DNA from: a virus
Taxonomy: Duplodnaviria; Caudoviricetes
IMG/VR virus record: IMGVR_UViG_3300020049_010822
Location: 1-64,000 of that record
Length of the DNA stretch: 64,000 nt
Reading direction: 5' to 3' (one strand)
Part shown: positions 53,001-64,000 of the stretch, piece after piece
How positions within the stretch are numbered: position 1 is the first letter of the stretch
Layout of the letters: each line of letters opens with the position of its first letter
Notes under the pieces: model-generated
The model's input: only the letters and a program-made list of their open reading frames with translations
Database searches by the model: none
What the model was told of the DNA's origin: nothing
Position numbers and translations under genes: made by a program

Positions 53001-56000
53001 ATCGGTATTCTTTAACAATTTCCTTACTTTAGAGGATAGGCTAACAATTTCAGCTAGTGTAGGAAATATATCCTCCATGATGTTTACTTCATGTACAGGA
53101 TTTTGTGTCTTATAAGAATTATTTATGTCATTATAAGCTTGAACTACTTGGTTAAAACGTACCATTAATTCATCATCCGACATGCCTAAATCTTCCGCAA
53201 TAAATTGTACTGTGTCTAAAAAGTCTTTTTCACTTCTATTTTTACCCGAATAATAATCTAACCGAGCTAGATCGGAAACCATCATTAAATACTTAGGGGC
53301 ACTAACCCCAAAGATTTTAACAAATACAGCTCCTCTGATGTAATCTCTAGAAGCCAAGATCCCAGCGCTTCTGCCTACACCCTCCACTTTAAGTGAGGTT
53401 ACAAGCTCAGCTTCAAGTTGTTCACGAAGAGTTAAAGAACTTTCTCCTACATCTTTCAGAGCTTGGTAAATATTCTTATTATTAGTAGTAACTTGAGCCT
53501 TCTTAGTATTTTGTCTATACGACATTACTGCACCTTCAAAAGTAGCTTCATTCATGAATAACATAAATTCAGCAACTACTTCTAACGGATACTTAGTTCT
53601 TAGTGTCTTAGGTAAGACTTTAGTGTCTCTAACATCTCTAATTAGTTGTTGGAGTGGGGAAATCTTTTGAACTTCTACCTCTTGCGGAACATCAGGAGCT
53701 AGCATATCGGGAGAAGTTCCTACTACGATCTTAGTAGGTACTGCCTTTACGAAATTAGTTTGTAAGATATCTTTAACTCTTACTCCGCTAGTTGTAGATT
53801 CTGCTGAAGCATCAAACTCAGCTCCAAGTGGAGTTCTAATTCCAAATCCGTCAGAAAGATTGGAAAGTCTGCCAGAAGAGTCTAATCCATCTACAAGTAA
53901 TCCTTGAAGATCTTTTGTAGTTATAGGATTTAAATGTACAATACTTTCTTCTCCTGCCTTGATAATCTCTTTTACAAACGTAGCTCTAGATGTGTTGCCC
54001 AAACCTCTTTTCTCTAAACTATCATTATAAACTTTAAGTCTATTGATAAGTTTATCTTTCATCTCCGCGTTATAAGCTAAGCCTTTTTTACGAACAAACT
54101 TAATAGGACCTAAAAGACTTACACCAGAAGAGTGTGTAACTGTTCTTTTCTCTGTAGATTTATAGTCAGATTTTCTATAATCTCTAAGTATTACATTAGT
54201 CCCGTCCGGAAGAGTGGTTATAAAGTTTTGCTTACCTATAGCATCAATAGCTTTTTGGGCAGCTCCTTTGTATTGTCTAACTTCTCCCTCTCCTACATCT
54301 CCGTGTACTAGAATATCCATTTCGTAAGCTAACTGCATCAATTCCTTAGGAATTTTATCACTGCTTACTGGAGGAAAAACACCAATTAAATTCTCACTGT
54401 TAAACAACAGCACATCTTCTACCTTACCTCCTTGCGAAGCTCTGTAAGCTTTTGCTAAAGATATAACAAGAGAATGAAAAGGGTAATAAGATTCTCTACC
54501 TATAACAACAGGTTTACCATTTCTAAGCTCAGAAAGTTTTCCGGGTAATCCTGAAGTAGCTAATAAAGTCTCAAATCTCTTTAGCTTATCTAGAAAAGCG
54601 TATAATTGAGATAACTGAAAGTCCGGTCTGTCCGGGGTGTTTTTATTAAGAATGGTAGGCACTAATCTAATAAACTGATTTTTCATAGGTTGTCCACTTC
54701 TTGTCTTCATATTATATATGATAAGATATGGAGGCCCTAATCTAGGTCTTTGTTTATCTGACTTAGCACTTGCAAACCACTGGCGTACTTGCTTTTTAGT
54801 TTTAAAGGATACAATCTTAGTGTGGTTGTCAAAGTTATTTATAATATCCGCATAGTTTTCAATGTAATCCCCAGGATTTTCCCCGTAAAGAGTTTTGAAA
54901 TATGTGGTTAGGATAGATAGCTTTTCTAACTTACCTTCTCCATCTACATCCGCTGTAAAATCATCAGTAGGTTGCGGAGAATAGATATATTTAATATCTG
55001 CTGTAGTTGGCTGTATAAATAATTTATACGAAGATTCAATTGTTTCATTAGGATTTATTAAACCTGAAAGTCCCGTTTCAGAATTTTGAAAGGTGTACCC
55101 TTTTAAAGTAGCTAAAGAAGGGATCTTTAAATTGGTTTCAAACTGCCCAACTTCATCTTCACTAAGTATAGCAATCTTTCTAAAAGCAAACGGAGCACCA
55201 TCCTCTAAGATGGGTTGTAATATTAAATATCTAGTAGCTGCAGATCCATCTCTTTTTGGAGTTACATCTTTTACAACTATAACTTCATCACCAGATTGAA
55301 GCGCTGGTAAATCTTCATCTAAATTAGAAGAGGCTAATACATTAGAATCTGGATTTCAAAGACTATGAGTGCCTTCTGGAACTAATATTTCTCCGCCTTC
55401 ATCTACATCTTGTTCATTACCTTCATCAGCAGTTTCCTGCTCATCTTCTGTATTGGTCTCTTCTTCCTCAAGCTCTTCTTCTACTGCTTCTATTTCCTCT
55501 TCTTCAGTAACAACATCCTCAGTAATCTTAGATAGGATATCTATTTGAGTAGTTAAAGTTTCTATAGCAGTAGTATTCTTGGTTTCCTTAGCAGCCATTA
55601 CTTTCTCTAAAGTTTGAGGGATACCTCTGTCCTCTTTAAAGGTAGAATCTGGAATATTAGCTACATGTACAAAGGTAGTTGCTCGTGAAATAGCAGTATA
55701 CATCCAGGCATTAAATACCTTGGACACACCTAAAGCCCCACCATCTGTCACTTCTACATCTATGTATACTTCATCTCTAGTGATACCTTGAGCTTCTGGA
55801 ACAGTTAGAATTTCGGCATGAGGGAATTGAGCTTGATACTTTTGTTTCTTTTCTTGTGATCCAACTAATATAGCTCGACTTCTAGAAGGATTAGATAATT
55901 CGCTACTTCTATAAACATTAGCTATGTTGTTTTCTTTCTCGGTAAAGCTACCTATTATATTTGTTGTAGATATAATAGGATTAAGACTAGCCGCAGATTG

Positions 56001-59000
56001 AATATCTTCTACTTTATTAATTGATTTAAAAGCATTCTGAAGATCTACTATCTCAGCTACATCTGAACGGTACGTTACAGAAAGAGGAGATATAGTTTGT
56101 ATGTTCTCTATGAATGGAAGAGTAGCGTGGTCATTAGACATCCGTACTCCTTTCCTATACTCTAGTTTTGTAGCTTCAGATCCTTCCCAATAAGCCCTTT
56201 CAGATATTGCAGGTTCAGCACTAAAGTTATTATCTATAGGGGCTTCAGATACATTCCCTGGTGTGATCTGATTTGGGTCATAAAGAAATATAAACTTAAG
56301 CCCAGCATCTGGATTCTCTCTGTTGTACTTGGCGAATGCTGCTGCAAATTTATTGATAGGCTCATTTAAGAGAGCACCAACTTCATCTACAACAATAAGT
56401 TTTACTCCTTTAGCAAGACCGTTTGTGTTTAGGATATTTGTAAGTTCTTCTACAGTGAAAGGACCTACTGGTGAGTCCAGAGACTCCTTGATATTCTTAG
56501 CTGCTAAAGGTTGCGGAGCTGCTGTTACAATCTCTTCTCCGGACAGTTTTAATACATGCTTTAACAGTTTTGATACTACTAAAGATTTACCCGCTCCTGC
56601 AGGAGCTTTTAATGCAGCTCCATTTTGATATAATTCATTCTGTACTTTATTTGGAGCCATCGTAAAGAGAGCTAACTCTCTAACAACCCGAATTTGGGAA
56701 GTAGATGGTGTAGGTGCAGTAGGATTCTTTTTTAGATAATCTCTAACCGAATTAAGGAACGACACATTATTGAAACCTGCAGCTTTAGTTTGTGCAATTT
56801 GTTCTAACGCTATCAGTTGTGTCTGAAGTAATAATAACTGTTGTAGTTGTTCTGCAGTTGTTACTCCTACGAAAGAATCTAAATTCCTTGTAAACCTTAC
56901 GACATCATAATCTTTTACAAAGTTCTCAAGTGCTAATAAATTCTTTGAGTTAGCATCCGCAGTAGCAGATTCCTTTTTTAATATTAACTGAAACAATCCC
57001 CCAAAACCTCTGGTAGGATGTGTTAATATTATGTTAATATCTTCTGGAGTTAATTTATAATTAGCAGGACTGGTAGTTAAATCGAATACAGAAAGAGCGG
57101 CTAATTGTTCTTTAGCAGAAGTCATTACACGAATCTTTATCGCGTTATAGTCTTCCTCTGTTCCTTGTGCTATCAAATCTGCTGTAGCCATAGATCCTAA
57201 CACTGGATCTAGTTCTATGAGCTTATTCAACTCTGCATTCTCTGGAGCTAATGAATTAACACCAGCAGCATAGTGAAGATCTTCCAGCTTATTTTTTAGA
57301 TCTTTGTTAGCTCTATTTTCCTTTGCTTTAACTAATATTTGTTTTAACGTTTGATGTAGTTTTTTAGCTTCTGTAAGAGCTGGTTTATAAGCTGCATCTT
57401 TCTTAGCTAAAGGTATTAACCCTTTATTAATTAAAATCTCTAATTTAGCTATCTCAGTTTCAACGCCAATAACATTATCATACTCTGGAGAAATATTTTC
57501 CCCATCCCATTGTGAAGCGTTTAGAATCCTATTAGGTGCATTCAATAAACCTTCTACAGCTCTAACTTTAAATACCTTATCATTAGTATTTATTTCAGGG
57601 AAACCTTCTAGATCTTTTAGCTTCTGTAGCACGTTTACAGTATCAGTATCAAGATTACCTAAGGCATCTTTTATTGCTTTCAATCTTTCCCATTCGGCAT
57701 AAGCAGCTTCTTGGTCAGCATCAAAAGCTTCATAGTACTCTAATTCTGATTCACTCCAACCTTCGGATTCAAACTGTGCAAGCAAAGCTCTATAAGGAGT
57801 ATTAATTCCATCTAGATAAGATATTATAATATCTCTCAGCTTAGCTACTTCATCTGGATAGAGTGTGTATTCGTTATCTAAAATTCTATTAGTTAATGTT
57901 CTAAGAGAGTCTGCAGATTCTGGAGTGTATCCAGTTTTGGTTAGATACTTAATAAACAGATTTATAGCATCAGCAAAGAAAGCGGTTTTAGCTACTTTTA
58001 CTTTATCTTGATGTTGTAGCAACTGCCCATTCTTGTCCGCATAAGTTTCTAGATCTGCTTCAGTAAATTTATCATTAAGAAATATTTCTCTAGACTTTTC
58101 TCTAGAGGTTTTACCGTAAGATAAAATACCTTTTGATACAGCTTCTTTATACGCATTAAAACCTTTTTTAGGTTCCAGCATCTTAGTGTAAAGCCCGCCT
58201 AGTTCTTCTCTAGCCTGTACTAAATCTTTACGTTTTGTAGAGAGCTCCGCTACTAATGTTTCTTCTACAGAATTTTCCTCTGTAGTCTTATAAGGAAATA
58301 GTGAATCTAGTTGATCCGTTTCTTGGAAAGCCGTTTGTATTGTACGAAGACGCTCATAATTAGAACTATTAGTAATAACATTATTTATCTCTTTATCTAC
58401 ATCTTCTATTAAAGTATCTAAGTTAACTATTCTACCACCAACTTCAGCTGCAGTGTCTCTGAATCTTCTTAGAGCTTCATCTGTCTTTGGAGCAATAATA
58501 GCATTATTAGTAGATAGATAATTTGCTTCTAATCTTTCTATATGTTTTTTCCAACGTTCTACAGTAGTTTCTATTTCTTCTGGATTCTCAATGCCCGCAG
58601 CTTGTAACTTCTCTGGAGAGAGTTTCTTGTAAGAATCTAGCTTTTGAAGGAGAAGATCAGTAGAGCCATGCTTGAAAGCCTTTTGAGCTAAGTTGTTTAG
58701 TTTAGATAATTGAAATAAAGAAATCTTAAGATTATCCGATCTATCTTTAGAAGCTTCAGATTCAATGAAATTGTCAAACTCAGAATGCAGCTTAGCATCA
58801 GCTGCAAATTCTGTCGCTTTGGACTTATCGATTAGAGGAGCCCCATTCTCATCTACTGGAAGTTCTCCGGGAACAGTATACTCCCCTTTCTCATTAGCAT
58901 TATAAGTTTCTTTAATTCTTTGATAGGTTTCAGGATTAATTTCTTGTACAATCTCTTCTGACTCATCAAAATATTTAGTAACTCCATCCTCTGTTTTTAT

Positions 59001-60395
59001 AACTAACTTACCTTTCTTATCTTTAGTCTTAGACATTATACTAGAAGACATAAAGTCAGTGTAGGACTTTTGAAGTTCGTTAGTAGCTAATTCCCTAGCT
59101 TCACGAATAGTTCTAGCCTCTCTTATGGCTCCGTGTCCTGCCGCAGCAGTAAGTGCCGTTTGTCCCGCACCTATTAAAGATCCTAAAGCGGTAGACTCTA
59201 AACGAGCATCATCTGAAAAGTCTAATCCGTGTAACAAGAAATCTTGCGCTAAATCTTTACCGCTTTCTAAGAAAGATCTGTGTAGATTAGAAGCATCGTT
59301 TACTTTTTGTATAGAGTATTGTAGATCCTCTTCAAAACCTTCTGATAAACCTTGTTCTAAGAACCTTTTAGTAAACATTCCTGCGGCATGCCCTTCATCA
59401 AATAAAAATTTATCGAATCCAGAAGCGTAGGTAGGTTTCTCCGCCATGTTCTCAATACCATTCATTATCTTCAAACCTTGTTTGTTAGTTCTAGTAGCTA
59501 CAGACGAGGGAGCGTAGATGGGTTTAACAAGCTTGGTGAAGAATCCATTAGTTGCAGCACCAGTCAACATATTTAACCAAAACACATTAGTTAAAGAGTT
59601 CTCTGCAGCCTTTTCTATTTCTTGGTCAGACATGTTATTCTTGCCCTCCATCCTATCCCTATGGAGTTTATCTGCAACAGTCTTCTTAGAGTCCATTGCC
59701 TCCATAGCAGCTTCATTAGTAGTCAAGAATACGTTAAGAGCAACCTCGTCAATGTTACCTGCTATCTTAGCTAGATTAGGAGCAGCAAGCTCACTAAATA
59801 CAGCTGTAAAATCTTTACCTTTAGCTAGCTGGTTTACTAATCTAGTACCCATTTGAGCTTTACCTAGGAGACCTGCTAAGCCGAATGACTGTGCTAAGAA
59901 TCCTATTGTCTCTACATTGGCTGTGGCGAGTTGCCCCGGAGCAGTGAACAGTTTTTGTGCAAAGCCCATATCTTGATACTTGGCTTCTTGAAAGTGTGGA
60001 AACACCTCATCTCCATAAGCATTAATGGATTCCGCCATGTTCATGAATGGATTGTCATCGAAACCATCAGAGAAATTACCTCCAGTTAAAGCGGAGAAGG
60101 TTCCTTTACCTAATCCTGTGATTCCACCTACAATCGCTGGAACTCCGGATACAGTCTTTACACCCACATCTCCAGCAAAGTTTCCGAACGCATCTAACCA
60201 GGATTGATTCTGATAACGAACATCGGTCTGATCTGCAAAGTCTTGAAGACCTTTATCATAGTATCCGGCTCCTGTTAGATTTCTTGCTACCCAACTACCT
60301 TTGGTACTGTCATAGTATCCTCCTCTTTCTGAGGTAACAGGATTTGTGTATTGCCTATCTTTTAGGCCGCTGGATATTGTACTTAAATCTGGCAT
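47028..60395 (-). CDS. giant virion RNA polymerase polyprotein (~4160 aa; exons 60395-48474 and 47588-47028), TGA-recoded
   Basis: single TGA 55358-55356 followed by 215 stop-free codons into the 2103-aa ORF; SF1 helicase motifs (APAGAGKS, VVDE, AQG, YTAISRA), zincin HEMFH, DAEGF, GFRIP; splicing restores catalytic GSDYDVD. Confidence 0.88.
47589..48473 (-). mobile_element. group I intron (885 nt) inside the RNAP catalytic motif
   Basis: 5' exon ends in U paired to G in P1 (TCCGAT/GTCGGA), terminal G at 47589, core P AATTGCTGGGAA, Q AATCAGCAG, R GTTCAACGACTA, S AAGATATAGTCT; in-frame exon ligation. Confidence 0.93.
47591..48337 (-). CDS. intron-encoded LAGLIDADG homing endonuclease, TGA-recoded (248 aa)
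   Basis: IAMLLGDG and LAIWFMDDG motifs; QKEYLQ[TGA 48211]K. Confidence 0.92.
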
Positions 60396-60398
60396 ATT

Positions 60399-62330
60399 TT
60401 ATTGTGTTAATTCTTCATTCTCTAAATCTGCTTTCCGCTTATGGGGCATCCAACTATTTACTTCTTCCCAAGGTAAAAGCATTCTTTCCATCTCTGAAGT
60501 GGTGGCAGCGCCTCCCCCTACAGTAAAGGGATCTCCATAATCAGTAAGTTGTGTACCATTTTGTCCTTGTTTCACAGGATAATAAACTATGTGCATTCTA
60601 CCATCTACATATTCTTTTCTTCCCTTAGCATAAGTTACTCCACCGGTTTTATTATTTCTAACGGGAAATACTTCACCTTCATCCATTGCTGGATCTTGGA
60701 TAAATCTAAAGGCTTTGTTAAGCACTTCATCTTGATAGTTCTTAACGTCTACCCTGTTAGGAGCTACAAAATAATAATCTCCTTTACCATATGGATCTGG
60801 CATTACTACAGATCCTGAAGGAACATGTCCTGTATGACCTCTAGCTCTACCCAAAGCACCATAGTCAGCTTTTAAAGGATTCTTTTCATTAGCTAGTTTA
60901 TTAGCAAAAGATATTCGGTCCTCAGCATCTATTACTTTTTCTATTTTGCCCGTTTCATTATTCTTCTTATATATCTCATAAGTTCCTTGTAATAATCCAG
61001 GCATTAATCTATTAGCTTCTTCTTGTTGAACTGGAGTAGTGTTATAAGCATCATAATCTATCCTACCGTATTCTCTTACTCCTGAATCTTTAGATGTTAC
61101 CTCATTATACTTACGAATAATATCTGAATCTGCCATATTAGGGTTAGCTTTCTTTATGGATTCTAACCTATCATAGTTATAATTAGGATTAGTTCTATTT
61201 GCTAACAAAGCAGAAACATTAGTTGGTACTTTTTTAGATGTTAATCCTAAAGCTTGTGTTATACCTAGTGGGTCAAAAGCGGGCATCGGAGCATCAATAG
61301 CTTCTGGTATAGGAGAGAATTTACTATTTGCATCTCCAGCTACCGTAAGATACGAAGACTGGCCTCCATTTGTAGTTCCAGCGTTATCTAATTCGTCTTT
61401 AAACTTGACTCTCTTCAAAGCATCTTGATGGCGCTTTTCAGCTAAAGACCATTGTTGTTTAAACTCATAATCAGATTTTGTTTTCCAATCTAATTTGTAA
61501 TCTAGTTCCTGAGAGTCTTCTAAAATTCCAGTACGAGTAGGTATCACAAAATCTTTGTAATCTTGTATTTGATCGGCGAACATCTTTCCAGGATCTTCTC
61601 CATACAATTCGGCCATTTGATATACATACCCTCTAAGAGCGTCGTTGTTATAGGCAGCAGCCTCAAAAGCGGACGCAACTTCGTTAGGATCAATATATTG
61701 TTTTTTGGTAGTAATGGATTCTATCTCTCCATTAATTATACGCCCAGTTCTTTGGGCTCTCTCTATTGTTCTTGGTTTTATTTTAGCTAATACATCTTCA
61801 AACTCTTTATGAAAATCTTGATACTTTGCTAAATCTAAAGGCCTTATTTGAGAATAAATTCCTGTAGCAGGATCTAATTTAGTAGGTCCTTGTTTTTGAT
61901 AGAAACCTTCCAAACCTGAAATTTGCTGTTGTGTAACTTCTCCTTTAGCTAGACGCTCTCTTTCCCTTTTAAGAGAATCTTGTTGTAAAGCAAAATTGTT
62001 TTGTATGGCAGCAGCCTCTCCTCCCGGCCCGTACAACTTAGCCATATCAGCTTGAAGTTTATAAAGATCCTTTCCCGCTTGAGAATAGTCTCCATTATAT
62101 TTAGAAGCTACCTGATCTATTCGAGATTCAAACTGACTCTGTAATTCATTAGCTCTGGCCCTATCCTGTACACGAGCTTGGATGTATTTATTCTTCATCC
62201 CCTGTGCAGTAGCAAAATTAACATCATACTGCTTCTGCGCTTGCTCTAAAGCTGCCCCAATAAATTGTACTGGAGGAGCATAAAGTTCTGGCCTATATTC
62301 AGACCCTCTATAGAAACGATTAACCGGCAT
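60399..62330 (-). CDS. putative virion-internal protein
   Basis: 643 aa, helical N-terminus, directly upstream of RNAP polyprotein as in crAss-like gene order. Confidence 0.65.
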   Translation of the reverse strand: MPVNRFYRGSEYRPELYAPPVQFIGAALEQAQKQYDVNFATAQGMKNKYIQARVQDRARANELQSQFESRIDQVASKYNGDYSQAGKDLYKLQADMAKLYGPGGEAAAIQNNFALQQDSLKRERERLAKGEVTQQQISGLEGFYQKQGPTKLDPATGIYSQIRPLDLAKYQDFHKEFEDVLAKIKPRTIERAQRTGRIINGEIESITTKKQYIDPNEVASAFEAAAYNNDALRGYVYQMAELYGEDPGKMFADQIQDYKDFVIPTRTGILEDSQELDYKLDWKTKSDYEFKQQWSLAEKRHQDALKRVKFKDELDNAGTTNGGQSSYLTVAGDANSKFSPIPEAIDAPMPAFDPLGITQALGLTSKKVPTNVSALLANRTNPNYNYDRLESIKKANPNMADSDIIRKYNEVTSKDSGVREYGRIDYDAYNTTPVQQEEANRLMPGLLQGTYEIYKKNNETGKIEKVIDAEDRISFANKLANEKNPLKADYGALGRARGHTGHVPSGSVVMPDPYGKGDYYFVAPNRVDVKNYQDEVLNKAFRFIQDPAMDEGEVFPVRNNKTGGVTYAKGRKEYVDGRMHIVYYPVKQGQNGTQLTDYGDPFTVGGGAATTSEMERMLLPWEEVNSWMPHKRKADLENEELTQ

Positions 62331-64000
62331 TTGTTGATTTTGTTTTTTGTTGTTCGGCCATTATTCTAGCGTATACATCTGGATACATTTTCTGTAATAC
62401 TGCTAGTGAGTCATAGGCGATTTTCTTTTCATTTAATCCTTTACCAAAGTTACCTAAACTATTGGACGCTACGTCTACAGCTTCTTTATAAGCAGCTCTA
62501 TTTCTAGCATTAATATCATTAGTACCTACAGTTTGTCCTATATTATATCTACGTTGATCCGATTGTCTTGCTTCCTGTTGTGTTCTAGCAGATTGATTCA
62601 TCTGATTGTACTTAGTTAGGATATCAGAATCTTGATTCAATTTACCTACATACAGATTATTTAGGAAAGATCTGTTTTGATTTATAGAAGAGTTTTGTAA
62701 AGTATTAAGTCCTTGTTGGAAATTTCTGTTAGCTTGGTATAAAGGATTAGAAGGATCGAAATTCTCTTTAGTTATATTTGTAGTATCGTAATAAGGTTTT
62801 TCTACTTCTGCTCCTCCTGCCAACTGTCCAAACTTAGAAGCTACTGTTAGTGCTTGTAATCCATCTCCAATAGTAAATTGAGATCCCAAACCTGCAAGAG
62901 GACTCGTAACTGAATTAGTGCTATTTTGTCCAAAGGTAGCGGCACTAGCAATATTAGGTAAAGCTCTTGCTGGAGCAGTAGATGTTACTGGTTGTGTAAC
63001 TGGACCAGTTCCTACTCCAGAATCAAATTCTCCTCTGTAAAGAGGTAAATCGCCAGCATTAGCAGAAGCTAACATTTGTTCATATGTAGATATATCATTA
63101 GCTATTTCACCAGGAGCAGGTGGAGGAGCTGTAGGATTTGTTTTAGAAGCTTTGGCAGCACCCGGACCCCTTCTTTTATTAATGGCAACAGGTGAAATAA
63201 CTGGTGCAGGAGCAATAGGAGGAGCTACCACTGGACGAGGGAAAGCTCCTAAACTTGGATCTTCTGGTGTGTTAGTTAACACATTAGATGGAGTCTCTAA
63301 TCTTGGCCCAGGAGCTCCTGAGCTTTCTATTTTCGGAGAACTCATAAATCTTAAATGTTCATCCACATTGTAAGATCTATTATTGGTTAAATCTCTGATG
63401 TTAGATCCGTTTACTTCAAATTGGCCTGCGTTAGGTTGTACTCCTACGTATTCACCTTTTGAATTTCTTACAGTAAATTTCTTAGAATACGGGTCGTAAA
63501 ACAACCCATCTCTACCTAAATCTATGGCCGCTTGCCCTGCTCCCAATCTTGAACCTATAAAAGTATCTGGACCTATCGGTCTACGCCTTTTTCCTGTTGC
63601 TGGATTAAAAGGATTAGTGATATCCAACCATTGAGTTGGAGATATATTAGCAATAGGTAATTTGTTATTATTTGTTTCCCCAATAAAAGTATAAGGAGGA
63701 TCTGTAGGGTCATCTGCATACCCTCCATAAGCAAAATCTCTAGTAGGTTTTCTTAACCCTTTAGCTGTAGCTATAGTTTCTTGAAGTGTAGCCAAAGACT
63801 GCATAGCGGATTCATTCATCTTTATAGTGTTTTTAGCTGATTCATCCTGAGGATTGGTCATCAGTTTTTTCTGAGCTTTACCTGTGGAGTTCTCAATCTT
63901 AGCAGCCTCAAATGAAAATGGTTTACCGTTAGGGGCTTTAAGCTTAGTAGAATAAACAAAGTTTTTCTTAACCACTTCATTATGATCTAAATTAGCATTT
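62320..64000 (-). CDS. putative virion-internal protein (5' end outside window)
   Basis: frame is open to window edge; Pro-rich linker and N/Q-rich coiled C-terminus. Confidence 0.65.
   Translation of the reverse strand, partial: NANLDHNEVVKKNFVYSTKLKAPNGKPFSFEAAKIENSTGKAQKKLMTNPQDESAKNTIKMNESAMQSLATLQETIATAKGLRKPTRDFAYGGYADDPTDPPYTFIGETNNNKLPIANISPTQWLDITNPFNPATGKRRRPIGPDTFIGSRLGAGQAAIDLGRDGLFYDPYSKKFTVRNSKGEYVGVQPNAGQFEVNGSNIRDLTNNRSYNVDEHLRFMSSPKIESSGAPGPRLETPSNVLTNTPEDPSLGAFPRPVVAPPIAPAPVISPVAINKRRGPGAAKASKTNPTAPPPAPGEIANDISTYEQMLASANAGDLPLYRGEFDSGVGTGPVTQPVTSTAPARALPNIASAATFGQNSTNSVTSPLAGLGSQFTIGDGLQALTVASKFGQLAGGAEVEKPYYDTTNITKENFDPSNPLYQANRNFQQGLNTLQNSSINQNRSFLNNLYVGKLNQDSDILTKYNQMNQSARTQQEARQSDQRRYNIGQTVGTNDINARNRAAYKEAVDVASNSLGNFGKGLNEKKIAYDSLAVLQKMYPDVYARIMAEQQKTKSTNAG

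Noticed and set aside
20103-55358. TGA as selenocysteine or glycine
   Set aside because: Interpretable positions correspond to conserved Trp (WDTM, FW, GWK, LQWK), not Cys or Gly; no sel genes seen.
38987-63373. Short plus-strand ORFs opposite the giant genes, and short minus-strand ORFs in 1-38 kb
   Set aside because: Antisense shadows of long real genes with no motifs.
1-64000. CRISPR array, reverse transcriptase/DGR, integrase, release factor or canonical tRNA(UCA)
   Set aside because: None recognised by eye in this window; short or degenerate repeats could have been missed, and the capsid/tail region lies outside the window.

Overview
64 kb of a crAss-like (Crassvirales-type) phage genome, probably infecting a Bacteroidota host. 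Layout: (i) 1-~20060, + strand: early/host-takeover region of small secreted, lipoprotein and membrane ORFs, two tRNA or tRNA-like genes, several long structured intergenic RNAs, two GH73 glucosaminidases, a LysM lipoprotein, a MoxR/RavA-VWA pair and a membrane AAA+ ATPase. (ii) ~20060-38880, + strand: replication module (PolA, SF2 helicase, DnaB, Sak4-like ATPase, SSB, primase, UDG, PD-(D/E)xK nucleases). (iii) 38938-64000, - strand: giant virion-internal proteins including a ~4160-aa virion RNA polymerase polyprotein. The main feature is a two-code architecture. Left of 20061 TGA acts as stop (many ATGA overlaps). From 20061 onward about 30 in-frame TGA codons, many at conserved Trp positions, must be read as Trp. 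The supplied ORF track therefore fragments or misses most essential genes, and the coordinates below are corrected by hand translation. The RNAP catalytic DxDxD motif is split by an 885-nt group I intron carrying a LAGLIDADG endonuclease, which is itself TGA-recoded. No canonical opal-suppressor tRNA is visible, but an aberrant 132-nt tRNA-like RNA (4136-4267) can present U-UCA at the tip of an elongated anticodon arm. Functional calls are from motif recognition by eye; no searches were run.
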